Virus record (IMG/VR): IMGVR_UViG_3300032312_000081
Span: 1-34,978 of that record
Strand: one strand, 5' to 3'
Length of the DNA stretch: 34,978 nucleotides
Origin: a virus
Lineage: Duplodnaviria; Caudoviricetes
Each line of letters starts with the position of its first letter. Position 1 is the stretch's first letter. The position numbers and the translations under genes are program-made. Shown here in pieces: positions 1 to 10,429 of the stretch. The notes under the pieces were generated by a model that was given only the letters and a program-made list of their open reading frames with translations, was not told where the DNA came from and ran no database searches.

Positions 1-960
1 ACAAATTTTGATGCGGCAGGATCAGCTGGAGGTTCTTTAAGAACCAATACTGGAAATAATTGTTTGCAATGGGGCGGTGGTGGTGGCATAAATGTTACTG
101 TAGATGGCTCTATTAACATGAACGGTGCGGCGGCGGCAATTCAAATAAGCCCAACATCGGCAGGAACCGTAACAATTTCTCCTAACGGAACATTAACTGT
201 TAATCCTGCTACAGCTTCAACAATGAATAATGTGGCTATTGGTGGAACTACTGCATTAGCTGGAACATTTACTGATTTAAGAGTTAATAACACTATTTCA
301 TTAGCTGGTAGCACAGGGACTGCTGGATATGCGCTAACATCCAATGGTGCATCTGCTCCAACATGGCAAGCAATTCCAGCTTCCACTATTACTGTTGCTG
401 ATGATACAAGCACCAATGCTACTCGTTATTTAACATTTACAAGTGCTACAAGCGGCACAATTAGCACAGTTAATACTAGCTCTACTAAATTATCTTACAA
501 CCCTTCTACAGGGCTTTTAAGCTTTATTTCGGCTACTATGGCTGGTACTGCAAGTGCTTATGGTCTTAAAACGCCTAACATTGCAGAGCCTACAACCGTG
601 TCTGCAACTGCGGCTACAGGCACAATTAACTATGATGTAACCATACAATCTGTTCTTTATTACACATCCAATGCTTCTGCAAATTGGACTGTAAATTTTA
701 GAGGATCAAGCGGTACATCATTAAATACTTTAATGGCTACTAATGACACCATAGCTGTAACATTTATGGTTACGCAAGGTTCAACAGCTTATTACAACAA
801 TGCTTTAACTATTGATGGAACTTCTGTAACTCCTAAATGGGCTGGTGGTACTGCTCCAACAAGTGGAAATGCTAGTGGTATTGATGTTTATAACTATGTT
901 ATTACCAAAACAGCATCTGCAACTTACACAGTATTAGCCTCACAAACTCAGTTTAAATAA
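1..960 (+). CDS. Virion fibre/structural protein, C-terminal part (5'-truncated)
   Basis: Frame 1 is open from base 1 (TNFDAAGSAGGSLRTNTGNNCLQWGGGG...), so the track start at 64 is not a real start. Thr/Ser/Gly-rich beta-type sequence with fibre-like motifs (GYALTSNGASAPTWQ; KWAGGTAPT..SGIDVY). Stop overlaps the next ATG (TAATG). Confidence 0.75.
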   Translation, partial: TNFDAAGSAGGSLRTNTGNNCLQWGGGGGINVTVDGSINMNGAAAAIQISPTSAGTVTISPNGTLTVNPATASTMNNVAIGGTTALAGTFTDLRVNNTISLAGSTGTAGYALTSNGASAPTWQAIPASTITVADDTSTNATRYLTFTSATSGTISTVNTSSTKLSYNPSTGLLSFISATMAGTASAYGLKTPNIAEPTTVSATAATGTINYDVTIQSVLYYTSNASANWTVNFRGSSGTSLNTLMATNDTIAVTFMVTQGSTAYYNNALTIDGTSVTPKWAGGTAPTSGNASGIDVYNYVITKTASATYTVLASQTQFK

Positions 961-2609
961 TGCCTAGACTATCCAAAATTGGGACTGCTTCATTGGCCTC
1001 CTTTGGGTGGACTTATGGAAGCTCGGGAATTTCTGCTAGTTATTTAATAGTAGCTGGAGGCGGTTCAGGTGGTGTAAACAATGGAGGTGGTGGAGGCGCT
1101 GGAGGTTTTTTAAGCGGAATAACTACTTTAACGCCTACTTTAACTTACACCATTACCGTAGGTGCTGGAGCCCCATCAGCAGGCACAGCATCAGGAACAG
1201 GCAATACTGGATCAAATTCAACGGCATTTTCTTTAACTTCTAGCGGTGGTGGATTTGGTGGTGCAAACGGATTTAATAGTAATAATGGCGGTGCTGGTGG
1301 ATCAGGCGGTGGCGGTGGAACTGGTTCAGGCTCTGGTGGTTCTGCTACTTCTGGGCAAGGATTTGCTGGTGGTAGCGGTGGTGCTCATTCTCCTAATTTT
1401 TATTGTGGTGGCGGCGGTGGTGCTGGCGCAGTTGGTGGTAATGGCCCATCGGGTATTGCTCTTGTAGCTGGTGCTGGTGGTATAGGTATTGCATCATCTA
1501 TATCAGGTTCTAGTGTTTATTATGCTGGTGGCGGTGGCGGCGGAGCATCTTTAGGAGCTTCTACAACCTCGGCTGGAGGTTCAGGCGGAGGCGGTGCTGG
1601 CGGTGTATATACAACACTACCAATTAACGGAACAATAAATACTGGTGGCGGTGGCGGTGGAACTGGTGGAAATTACAATTCAGGTTCAGGCGGATCAGGA
1701 ATAGTTATTGTGTCTTATGTTGGTAGTGAAAAATTTTCAGGCGGTGTTGTTACTTCTAGCGGTGGAAATACTATTCATACATTTACAAGTAGCGGAACTT
1801 TAGCGCCTGGATATACTATTACATACTTAATGGTTGCAGGCGGTGGTGGTGCTGGTCGTGGTTCAGGTGGCGGTGCTGGCGGTCTATTAACAAGCACAGC
1901 ACCCGTAACAAGAGGAACGGTTTATACAATCGTTATTGGTGCTGGCGGTGCTGGTGGTACAACTGGAAGTTCTTGGGCTGATTCAACCATTGGATCAAAT
2001 ACTACATTTACTGGTTTAACTACTGTTATTGGTGGCGGTAGAGGTGGAAATGGCGGTGGTGAAGGTGGCAATGGTGGTTCAGGTGGTGGGGCATCAAATA
2101 ATGCAACTTATCCAACATATCCAGGTGGTTCAGGAACTGCTGGTCAAGGAACTACTGGTGGTTATTCAGGTTCTGGAATTGCTGGCGGAGGCGGTGGTGG
2201 AGCTGGTGCTGGAGGTGGCAATGGAACATCATTAACATCACCTGGTGCAGGCGGAAATGGTTTAGCATCATCTATAACTGGATCATCAGTAACTTATGCT
2301 GGTGGTGGAGGCGGTTCAGGATTTGATACTTGTAATGGAGCGGCTGGAGGTTCAGGCGGAGGCGGTGCTGGCGGTGATTCAGGTACTGCAACTGCTGGTG
2401 GAAATGGTGTTATTAATACTGGCGGCGGCGGTGGTGGTGGACATCAATCAAACCAAAGTACAAATGGTGGTTCAGGAGGCTCTGGCGTTGTAATTATTTC
2501 TGTTGCAACCAATGTTTATTCAGGAACAACTACAGGAAGTCCTACTGTTACAACATCAGGTAGCAATACAATATTAACTTATACATCTAGTGGTACATAT
2601 ACAGCTTAA
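960..2609 (+). CDS. Glycine-rich fibre/adhesin-like protein with two tandem Gly-rich domains
   Basis: Two copies of the module YL(I/M)VAGGG...YAGGGGG...NTGGGGGG...GGSG(I/V)VI...T(F/Y)TSSGT; lies in the structural operon. Confidence 0.75.
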   Translation: MPRLSKIGTASLASFGWTYGSSGISASYLIVAGGGSGGVNNGGGGGAGGFLSGITTLTPTLTYTITVGAGAPSAGTASGTGNTGSNSTAFSLTSSGGGFGGANGFNSNNGGAGGSGGGGGTGSGSGGSATSGQGFAGGSGGAHSPNFYCGGGGGAGAVGGNGPSGIALVAGAGGIGIASSISGSSVYYAGGGGGGASLGASTTSAGGSGGGGAGGVYTTLPINGTINTGGGGGGTGGNYNSGSGGSGIVIVSYVGSEKFSGGVVTSSGGNTIHTFTSSGTLAPGYTITYLMVAGGGGAGRGSGGGAGGLLTSTAPVTRGTVYTIVIGAGGAGGTTGSSWADSTIGSNTTFTGLTTVIGGGRGGNGGGEGGNGGSGGGASNNATYPTYPGGSGTAGQGTTGGYSGSGIAGGGGGGAGAGGGNGTSLTSPGAGGNGLASSITGSSVTYAGGGGGSGFDTCNGAAGGSGGGGAGGDSGTATAGGNGVINTGGGGGGGHQSNQSTNGGSGGSGVVIISVATNVYSGTTTGSPTVTTSGSNTILTYTSSGTYTA

Positions 2610-2622
2610 AAGGAGTTATTAA

Positions 2623-3036
2623 ATGCCATATTTTGCAAAATGCGAACCTACACTTGATTCAATGAAATTTTTGGTTTCTGAAGTTATTAGAGCAGATCAA
2701 GATTTTATTAATACTCAAGTTGGAGATTGGGTTCAAGGTGATTACAACACTCATGGAAATGTGCATTACGCACCAAGTCCTCCAGCAGAACCAATGACTC
2801 CAGACGGAGGAACTCCGATTCGAGCCAATTATCCTGGAATTGGATATACATACGATAAAAACTATACCGTTGGTGATTATGTTGGTGTTTTTTATGCGCC
2901 ACAACCATATCCATCATGGATATTAAATACATCAACTTTTTTATGGGAAGCCCCTGTTCCTTATCCTACAGATGGCAAAGTATATGTATGGAATGAAGCA
3001 ACATTGTCTTGGGTATTAGCAGACCCACAACCATAA
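2623..3036 (+). CDS. Hypothetical protein, probable fibre-associated/assembly protein
   Basis: RBS AAGGAG; motif RANYPGIGYTYD...FYAPQPYPSW..WEAPVPYP..Y.WNE..SW, which I recognise as commonly adjacent to Gly-rich phage fibre genes. Confidence 0.6.
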   Translation: MPYFAKCEPTLDSMKFLVSEVIRADQDFINTQVGDWVQGDYNTHGNVHYAPSPPAEPMTPDGGTPIRANYPGIGYTYDKNYTVGDYVGVFYAPQPYPSWILNTSTFLWEAPVPYPTDGKVYVWNEATLSWVLADPQP

Positions 3037-3046
3037 GGAATAAATC

Positions 3047-4093
3047 ATGGCACAGCTAGTATTTCAATCTGTTTCAGGCGGTACAACTACTTTAAACGGT
3101 ACAAATACTGCTGGAACATACAATTTAACCGTTCCTGCGGCTGATGGAACCTTGCTTTATCAAGATACATCAGGAAATATTACATTTAATAATTTAACTG
3201 TAACTGGTCTTTTAACAATTACTGGCACAAGTGCATTTGGATTGCCAGTAGGAAATACTGTGCAAAGACCATCTCCTCCTGCGGCTGGTCAAATTCGTTA
3301 TAACACCGATGGTGGTGGACTTTATGAATGTTATTTACCAGCAGTTTCAGCTTGGTACAAATTTGTAGTGGCTCAACAAGGTCAATACAACATTACTTAT
3401 GTTGTAGTTGGTGGCGGCGGTGGTGGTAGTGCAAACTATCCTGGCGGCGGAGGCGGAGGTGGTCAATTTACATCTAGCGTAGCATCTGCTATTCCAAGCA
3501 CAGTATTTACTATGACTATTGGTGGTGGTGGAGCCGCCGCAACAAATGGTTCTACCTCTACAATTACTGGTTTTGCTCAAGGTATTGGTGGTGGTCGTGC
3601 ATTAGATGCTGGTGTAGGTGGTGTTTCAGGAAATGGCTTTACTGCTGGCGGTTCAGGTGGAGCTTCAGGCGGTGGAGGCGGTGGTTCTGCGGCTAATGGC
3701 GCTGGTGGTAGCGGTAATCAAGGCGGCGCTGGTGGCGCTGGAGCACAAACACTAATTACTGGAGTTGCCACTAACTTTGGTGGTGGCGGTGGCGGTGGCG
3801 GTGGCCAAGTTGGAGGCGGTGGCGGCGGTGGTGCTGGTGGTGCTGGTGGCGGTGGTGCTGGTGCTTTTCAAGCTACTGGTGGTAGCGGCTTAGTAAATAC
3901 TGGTGGTGGCGGTGGTGGTAATTCAGGAAATAATGGATCAATTTATTTTGGTGGCCCTGGTGGTTCAGGCGTTGTAATTTTATCTATGGCTTCTGCTAAC
4001 TACACAGGAACTATTACTGGTAGTCCAACAGTAGTAAATAATGGAACTACCGTAATCTTGACCTACAATAGCTCTGGAACTTACACAGCATGA
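3047..4093 (+). CDS. Fibre protein with a C-terminal glycine-rich domain
   Basis: N-terminal fibre motif LPVGNTVQRPSPPAAGQIRYNTD; third copy of the Gly-rich module, ending ILTYNSSGTYTA (compare ILTYTSSGTYTA in 960..2609). Confidence 0.7.
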   Translation: MAQLVFQSVSGGTTTLNGTNTAGTYNLTVPAADGTLLYQDTSGNITFNNLTVTGLLTITGTSAFGLPVGNTVQRPSPPAAGQIRYNTDGGGLYECYLPAVSAWYKFVVAQQGQYNITYVVVGGGGGGSANYPGGGGGGGQFTSSVASAIPSTVFTMTIGGGGAAATNGSTSTITGFAQGIGGGRALDAGVGGVSGNGFTAGGSGGASGGGGGGSAANGAGGSGNQGGAGGAGAQTLITGVATNFGGGGGGGGGQVGGGGGGGAGGAGGGGAGAFQATGGSGLVNTGGGGGGNSGNNGSIYFGGPGGSGVVILSMASANYTGTITGSPTVVNNGTTVILTYNSSGTYTA

Positions 4094-4401
4094 CAACTTA
4101 TCAATGGAAAGTGCTTGATATTTATGCAGAAGGCAAAGAAATTGTTTCTGTTAAATATCAAGTTACTGCATTGAAAGATAGCAATAAAGTAATGACTGAA
4201 GGAAACTGGCTTTTTAAAGATAAAAGTCATTTTTTACAAGATCAAACTACTGAAAAAGATGTAATCGCTTGGATACAAAAAGAATCAATAATTGATGAAA
4301 AGTGCATTATTGAGGATAATTTAGATAATCAATTAAGCGCAATAGAACCAATAGCATTGAAAAAGCCTTGGGTTCTTCCTACTTTTACAGTAAAAATTTA
4401 A
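4090..4401 (+). CDS. Hypothetical protein (possible fibre chaperone)
   Basis: ATGA overlap with the upstream fibre gene; 103 aa; TEKDVIAWI and PW motifs. Confidence 0.6.
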   Translation: MTTYQWKVLDIYAEGKEIVSVKYQVTALKDSNKVMTEGNWLFKDKSHFLQDQTTEKDVIAWIQKESIIDEKCIIEDNLDNQLSAIEPIALKKPWVLPTFTVKI

Positions 4402-4410
4402 CGGAATACC

Positions 4411-5610
4411 ATGAGCAGACCAATAGACATTATCAGCAGAGCTTTAAAAGACATTGGCGCATTAGAGGCTGGAGAAGTTCCAACGCCTGATGCGGCTCAA
4501 GATGCCCTAGAAATGCTCAATGACCTTATTGACCAATGGTCAAATGAAGGCATGATGATTTATAACACTACAGAAATAGTGTTTCCTTTAATTTCAGGTC
4601 AAACTCAATATACTATCGGCCCTGATCCAAGTACAGCTAACTATATTGGAGCCGCTATTACAGGCTCTATTTCAGGAAAAGTTCTTACTGTAACTGGCGT
4701 AACTTCAGGTGCAGTTGCATTAGGGCAAACCCTTAGCGGTATTGGTATTAGTGGTGTAACTACAAAAATTGTAGAATTTTTAACTGGTGCTGGCGGAAAT
4801 GTTAATGAAGCTGGTACATATAGACTTAATATAGATGCAACAACTCCTGCTCCTGCTTTTACAGCTTCTATATCAGGGACAACCCTTACTGTAACTGCTA
4901 TTGCAACTGGCTATTTGGGTGCTGGCGCAACAATTAGTGGAACTGGAATACCAGCAAATACAACCATTACATCTGCTATAAGCGCATCAGGCGGAGTTGG
5001 TACATACACTATAAGTACAAGCCTAAGTCTTGGCAGTAGGGCTATGACGGCTACAGTAACGCCTATTCCTATTACCCTTTACTATCAAAAGCCATTAGGC
5101 ATCGATTCCGCTTTTGTCAGGATAAATACTACCAGTAATGGTCAGCCTATTTATGGTGGTGGTTTGGATTATCAAGTAAGCATATTAGCCCTTGAAAACT
5201 ATAACCAAATTGGTTTAAAAACTTTAAATGGTCCTTGGCCTAAAGCCTTGTACTACAACCCTAATGCACAATCAGGAAATATAACTGTATGGCCTAATCC
5301 TGCACAGGGTGAAATGCACCTTTTCTCCTCCACAATTTACAGCACTTATGATGACTTGTATGAGGATTTAGCGTTTCCGCAAGGCTATGCAATGTGTTTG
5401 CGTTGGAACCTGGCTGAAAGATTAATGCCTATGTATGGCAAAGTAAATGCTACACAAATACAAATGATTAATGCGTATGCCGCTCAAGCAAAAGCTACTT
5501 TAAAACGCACAAATATGAAGCCTGTACAAGTTGCTAGTTTCCCTGATGCAATGCTTTCAGGAAAAGCTAAGGATGCTGGATGGATTCTTAGCGGTGGGTT
5601 TACAGGATAA
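4411..5610 (+). CDS. P22 gp4-like head-to-tail adaptor with inserted beta-repeat domains
   Basis: N-terminal [11 protein letters not shown]...[17 protein letters not shown] and C-terminal [18 protein letters not shown] are gp4-like; directly precedes the gp10-like gene. Confidence 0.75.
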   Translation: MSRPIDIISRALKDIGALEAGEVPTPDAAQDALEMLNDLIDQWSNEGMMIYNTTEIVFPLISGQTQYTIGPDPSTANYIGAAITGSISGKVLTVTGVTSGAVALGQTLSGIGISGVTTKIVEFLTGAGGNVNEAGTYRLNIDATTPAPAFTASISGTTLTVTAIATGYLGAGATISGTGIPANTTITSAISASGGVGTYTISTSLSLGSRAMTATVTPIPITLYYQKPLGIDSAFVRINTTSNGQPIYGGGLDYQVSILALENYNQIGLKTLNGPWPKALYYNPNAQSGNITVWPNPAQGEMHLFSSTIYSTYDDLYEDLAFPQGYAMCLRWNLAERLMPMYGKVNATQIQMINAYAAQAKATLKRTNMKPVQVASFPDAMLSGKAKDAGWILSGGFTG

Positions 5611-7595
5611 TGGCTGAATTTGGATTTGTAGGAGCTTCCTACACAGCCCCTTCTATTTATCAGAATGACCAAGAATGTATTAATTGGCGGCCTGAGATAG
5701 ACCCTACAAAAGCTCAAGGCGAAAGAGGCATTATTGCTCTTTATCCTACTCCTGGATTAACTCGTTTAGCAACATTTCCTAATCAAGAAGAAGTAAGAGG
5801 GCTAAGAACAATATCGTCAGGCGGATCACAGCTTATAGCGGTGTGTGGCTCTTATGTATATGCAGTTTCGTATAACTTTGAAACATCCATTATTGGTCAA
5901 TTATTGAGTTCTAGTGGTCCTGTTGGCATTACAGATAATGGTGTTTATGTATATATTGTGGATGGTGAAAACCGTTACTCATGGTTAATTGATTCGCCTA
6001 ATACAACTAAATTTACTGGCTATATTTCAGGAACAATTTTAAATGTTACAACAACGCCAGTAGGGAATTTAAGCGTAGGTTCACAAGTTTTTGGTATTGG
6101 TGTTGCAAAAGGCACAATAATTGTTAGTGGTTCAGGATTTTTATGGTCTGTTAATAATGCTCAAAACATATCATCACAACAGTTATCCACAGACCCTCCT
6201 TATGCCATATTTACTGGTTCTATTGCTACTGCCGCTGGAATTACTACATTAACAGTTTCTGCTGTTACTTCAGGAACTATTCGCATAGGCACAACAATTA
6301 TTGGAACTGGAATATTAAATGGAACAGTTATTACTGCTCTAGGTACTGGCTCAGGCGGTGTAGGCACATATATATTAAACCCTGTAGCTCAAACGGTTTC
6401 TTCAAGAACTATTTATGCCCATCAATTTACTGTTTTGCCCACTACAGATGGTGCTTTTACTGGTGGCGGCGTAGTTGATGTAAACGATAATTACTTTATT
6501 TACACAAGACCTGATACACAACAGTTTGCAGTTTCAGACCTTTTAAGTCCAATAACTCAAGGTTTAAGCTTTGGTAGTAAATTTACTTCTCCTGATAATT
6601 TGGTGTCATTAATTGCTAATAATGGTCAATTATTTCTTTTAGGTGAAAAATCATCAGAAGTATGGAATGACCAAGGAACTACTCCAGTTGCATATCAGCG
6701 TATTCCAGGCTCATCTACGCAACAAGGTATTATTGCTCCGTTTTCAGTAGCTAGAGTTGGCAATTCTTTTGCTTATGTGTCACAAAACATTCGTGGATTA
6801 AATCAAGTTGTATTAATGAATGGTTATGTCCCACAGCGTATTTCTACTCATGCAGTTGAAAACAGCCTTTTAGATCAATATACAGAAGATGCTATTGCCT
6901 ATACTTATCAACTAGAAGGCCATGAAGTGTATGTTGTTTCATTTCCAACTATTGATATTACTTGGGCTTATGACTTCACAACACAGCTTTGGCATAAATG
7001 GCTTTGGGTAGATACTTATGACCAATATCATCGTCATCGCAGTAACTGTGCGGCAGTTTTTCAAAATTATGTTGTGGTTGGAGATTGGGAAAATGGCAAT
7101 CTTTACCAATTAGATCAAAACAATTACACAGATAATAATCAGTCTATACGCAGATTGCGTAGGGCTCCACATATTACTTCTGATTTACAAAGACAATATT
7201 TTGATGAATTACAGCTTCAATTTCAACCTGGCGTAGGTATTCAAGGATTTTCTAGAGATAGAAATATTTATTTAGGAAGCCCTTATTACATTTCTGGTAC
7301 TGGTTCTTTAATCATTGGTTATCAAGATATTGATGTTTTAGGTGATGCTGGTCAATTAAGCATTAGAGATGTTCTTTATAACCCTCAAGCTATGCTCCGT
7401 TGGTCTAATGATGGTGGTTCTACATGGTCTAAGGAATATTGGCAAGATATTGGTCAGCAAGGCAAATATAAGAATAGGGCTATTTGGCGTAGGCTTGGAA
7501 TGTCAAGAGATCGCATTTTTGAAGTAGTGGTTAGCGATCCAGTTAAAGCAGTTATTGTTTCTGCAAACCTTAAAGCTAGTTCAGGAGATAACTAA
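5610..7595 (+). CDS. P22 gp10-like DNA stabilization/tail hub protein
   Basis: [42 protein letters not shown] and WRRLG..RDRIFEV motifs typical of the gp10 family. Confidence 0.85.
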   Translation: MAEFGFVGASYTAPSIYQNDQECINWRPEIDPTKAQGERGIIALYPTPGLTRLATFPNQEEVRGLRTISSGGSQLIAVCGSYVYAVSYNFETSIIGQLLSSSGPVGITDNGVYVYIVDGENRYSWLIDSPNTTKFTGYISGTILNVTTTPVGNLSVGSQVFGIGVAKGTIIVSGSGFLWSVNNAQNISSQQLSTDPPYAIFTGSIATAAGITTLTVSAVTSGTIRIGTTIIGTGILNGTVITALGTGSGGVGTYILNPVAQTVSSRTIYAHQFTVLPTTDGAFTGGGVVDVNDNYFIYTRPDTQQFAVSDLLSPITQGLSFGSKFTSPDNLVSLIANNGQLFLLGEKSSEVWNDQGTTPVAYQRIPGSSTQQGIIAPFSVARVGNSFAYVSQNIRGLNQVVLMNGYVPQRISTHAVENSLLDQYTEDAIAYTYQLEGHEVYVVSFPTIDITWAYDFTTQLWHKWLWVDTYDQYHRHRSNCAAVFQNYVVVGDWENGNLYQLDQNNYTDNNQSIRRLRRAPHITSDLQRQYFDELQLQFQPGVGIQGFSRDRNIYLGSPYYISGTGSLIIGYQDIDVLGDAGQLSIRDVLYNPQAMLRWSNDGGSTWSKEYWQDIGQQGKYKNRAIWRRLGMSRDRIFEVVVSDPVKAVIVSANLKASSGDN

Positions 7596-7831
7596 TGGCT
7601 AATCAAATATATGCTGGCACTACCATAAATCCATTGCCACAGACTGACTTTTTAGAGGAAAATACTAAAAGACCATCTAGGGCATGGATTCAATTTTTTC
7701 TTGGGCTGTTAAATCAAACATCTTCAGCGACAGCAACTGCTGGAAGTGCAAGTTTGCCTGCCAACCCTGTTGGTTTTATGAATGTTTATGTTGATGGTAA
7801 ACCCTATAAAGTGCCTTATTACAACCTATGA
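7595..7831 (+). CDS. Small virion protein in the P22 gp26 (tail needle) position
   Basis: Coupled to the gp10-like gene (TAATG); 78 aa; RPSRAWIQFF and LPANPVGF..V.VDG...KVPYY motifs. Function is inferred from position only. Confidence 0.55.
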   Translation: MANQIYAGTTINPLPQTDFLEENTKRPSRAWIQFFLGLLNQTSSATATAGSASLPANPVGFMNVYVDGKPYKVPYYNL

Positions 7832-8178
7832 GCTTAGAACAATTAGTTAAAGAAAATTTGGGTCGTTTTGATGTCGATTTAGGCACAGTTCACCATTTTT
7901 CAGACAATTTGTATGCAAAAGAAATGCGTATTCCTAAAGGATACATTGCGCTTTCTCATAGCCATAAATATAGTCATTTAAGTATTTTGGGTAAAGGTAA
8001 AGTTTTAGTAAAAACTGATGATACTTCTACGGAATATGAAGCTCCTGCTTGCTTAGAAATAATGGCAGAAATACATCATTCCATAGAAGCATTAGAAGAT
8101 TGTGTTTGGTACTGTATTCATTCAACAAATGAAACAGATGCTAATAAAATTGATGAAGTATTAATAAAAGAGGTCTAA
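7828..8178 (+). CDS. Cupin-fold protein
   Basis: Cupin pattern IPKG....SHSHKYSHLSILGKG.V.V......EYEAP...EI.AEIHHSIEALED. Confidence 0.75.
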   Translation: MSLEQLVKENLGRFDVDLGTVHHFSDNLYAKEMRIPKGYIALSHSHKYSHLSILGKGKVLVKTDDTSTEYEAPACLEIMAEIHHSIEALEDCVWYCIHSTNETDANKIDEVLIKEV

Positions 8179-8179
8179 T

Positions 8180-9076
8180 ATGCCAATCGCATCAACCATA
8201 GCCGCAACAGTTGGAGCGCAAATTGTAGGTAATATAGTGCAAGGAGCCATGCAAGGTTCGGGTGCTCAACAAGCATCTCAACAGCAACAGCAAGGTTTTG
8301 CAAATGCACAAAAAGCCATAGATACAAACTATGGAAATGCTCAAAACCTATTATCAAATCAATACAATATAGCCCAACCATATATTACAAGCAACTATGG
8401 TAATGCTATTGCTGGTTTTGCTCCATACCAAAATGCAGGCGGAATTGCCGCAAATGAGCTTGGTAGACTGATTAGTAGTGGCTATGCTTCACATCAATTT
8501 AATACACAAGACCTTTATAACGGACTTTCTCCTAATTATGAATTTCAATTAAGCCAAGGTCAAAGAGCCGCCAATCAAGCTAACAATGCTACTGGTGGGT
8601 TTGTAGGCGCAAATGCACAACAAGCATTACAAAATTACACACAAAACTTTGCTGGCAATGCCTATCAACAAGCCTTTACAAACTATCAAAATCAAAGAAA
8701 TAACATATTTGGTAATATTCAGCCAGTAGCCAACATGGGCCTTGCCGCAACAGGAAAAGTTGGCGATTTATATGCAGGACAAGGAAATGCTTTGGCTGGA
8801 CTTGCTACTGGATATGGTCAAACTGGCGCAAATTTATATGCTAATCAAGGAAATGCACAAGGACAATTAGCTATTGGTTCTGCTAATGCACAAGCGGCTG
8901 GTACACAAGCACAATATGATGCTTATGGAAATGCTATTGGCGGAGCAGGCAACAACATAAGCAATTATATGTTGCTAAGCAGTATGCTTAACAAGCCTAC
9001 TGGCGGTACTGGCGGTGGAGGAGCAGTAGTTGCGCCTGATGGTTCAAATATTTCTAACCCAATTATGTTAGGTTAA
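8180..9076 (+). CDS. DNA ejection (pilot) protein, P22 gp7-like
   Basis: Ala/Gly/Gln/Asn-rich, hydrophobic N-terminus, PNYEFQLSQGQRA motif; first of three genes in the P22 ejection-protein position. Confidence 0.7.
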   Translation: MPIASTIAATVGAQIVGNIVQGAMQGSGAQQASQQQQQGFANAQKAIDTNYGNAQNLLSNQYNIAQPYITSNYGNAIAGFAPYQNAGGIAANELGRLISSGYASHQFNTQDLYNGLSPNYEFQLSQGQRAANQANNATGGFVGANAQQALQNYTQNFAGNAYQQAFTNYQNQRNNIFGNIQPVANMGLAATGKVGDLYAGQGNALAGLATGYGQTGANLYANQGNAQGQLAIGSANAQAAGTQAQYDAYGNAIGGAGNNISNYMLLSSMLNKPTGGTGGGGAVVAPDGSNISNPIMLG

Positions 9077-9085
9077 GGAAAAATC

Positions 9086-10429
9086 ATGGCAGATTTAAAT
9101 TCAGTTCAAAGTTTTGCACCAACTAATTTTAATGTTGAGCCTGTTGTAAGGCGTAATCAACAGCCAGGTGCTAACACGCCATTAAGTATGTTAGAACTAG
9201 CTAATACGGCTCGTTCTATGACTGCTTTGCAAAAAGAACAAGCATTACTACAACCTAGCATTGAACAAGGTATTGCTCAATCCAAAAAATCTCAATTAGA
9301 ATTTCAAAAAGAAAATTATACGATTGCAAATAGCGCATTAGCAGGATTAGAAAATTCAAAATCTTTAAAAACTGGTGATATTGAGAGCGTAAAAAAAGAA
9401 TATGAGGCTACTCATGATTGGTTAAAAAGCATGGGCGTAAGCGGTGATGGTAAATTTTATCAACAAGGTAAAGAGTTTTTAGATAAAAATGATTTGCCTG
9501 GATATACAAATCATTTATCAAATTTAAGAAATCAAGCTACACCTATTACAACTCAATACCAAGCTAATTTGCCACAACTTACAACAGTTGGTGGTCAGCC
9601 TGCGTTGTTTAATCAAGCTCAAGGTCAAGTTTCTCCTGTTGGTGGAGTTACTCCTACTGTTCCACAGCAAGCTCCTGTACAACCTAATGTACAACCTAAT
9701 GCACAAACTCAGCCTGTATCAGAAAGCGCACAACCAGTTCAATTAACCTATCCAGTAAGAAAAGCTGGAGAACCTTATGCGGCTGGTCCATCTGAAGTTG
9801 CAGATAGAGAAGCTGGTGTTGCTTACAAAAATAACTTAATCAGCCGTCAGCCACAAATGGCTACTGAACGCAGAAATCTTGATGAAACAATTAAAATTGC
9901 TCGTCAATTAGAAGAATCTCCTTGGTATGAGCCAACTAGCGGTGTTGCTGGTGCGGTTAGAAGAAAAATTGCAACCTATTTAGGCGATCCTACTTATATT
10001 GAATTAAGCAAAAACTTAGCCAATACAACTTTAAGCAATATGCAAGCATTAGGTTTAAGAACTGATGCAGATAAAACTCTTAGTTCTGCGGCTAATGGTG
10101 ACTACACTTATCCGCCTGAAATTCTTATTAAAATTGCAAATCGTGCCAAAGCTGACATGACTAATATAGATATGCAAGCTAATGCCGCTAAAAACTTTTC
10201 AGATAAATTTGGCGATAACAACATGAACGCATTTAAACAAATGTGGTCTAAAAATGCAGACACAAAAATATTTGAAGTTATTAACATTGCTAAAGACCCT
10301 GCTTTAAATGCGGAAGCCAAAGCAAAAGAAGTTGATAAATTATTAGGCCCTAAAGATTCACCAGCTAGAAAAGAATACAATCAAAAGTATCTTAATATCA
10401 TGAAAATGACACAAACTGGAACTCTATGA
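9086..10429 (+). CDS. Putative ejection protein (P22 gp20 position)
   Basis: Synteny; predicted helical 447-aa protein with a Q/P-rich linker; RBS AAGGA. Confidence 0.55.
   Translation: MADLNSVQSFAPTNFNVEPVVRRNQQPGANTPLSMLELANTARSMTALQKEQALLQPSIEQGIAQSKKSQLEFQKENYTIANSALAGLENSKSLKTGDIESVKKEYEATHDWLKSMGVSGDGKFYQQGKEFLDKNDLPGYTNHLSNLRNQATPITTQYQANLPQLTTVGGQPALFNQAQGQVSPVGGVTPTVPQQAPVQPNVQPNAQTQPVSESAQPVQLTYPVRKAGEPYAAGPSEVADREAGVAYKNNLISRQPQMATERRNLDETIKIARQLEESPWYEPTSGVAGAVRRKIATYLGDPTYIELSKNLANTTLSNMQALGLRTDADKTLSSAANGDYTYPPEILIKIANRAKADMTNIDMQANAAKNFSDKFGDNNMNAFKQMWSKNADTKIFEVINIAKDPALNAEAKAKEVDKLLGPKDSPARKEYNQKYLNIMKMTQTGTL

Noticed and set aside
1246-2493. Alternative-frame Val/Leu-rich ORFs (1246..1467, 2029..2235, 2296..2493)
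   Set aside because: They are +1-frame shadows of GGT/GGC glycine codons, with no RBS or independent coding signal.
960-4093. GGTGGCGGT-type repeats as a CRISPR array or DGR template/variable repeat
   Set aside because: They are polyglycine codons; there is no regular repeat-spacer period, no adenine-specific mismatch pair that I could see, and no reverse transcriptase gene.
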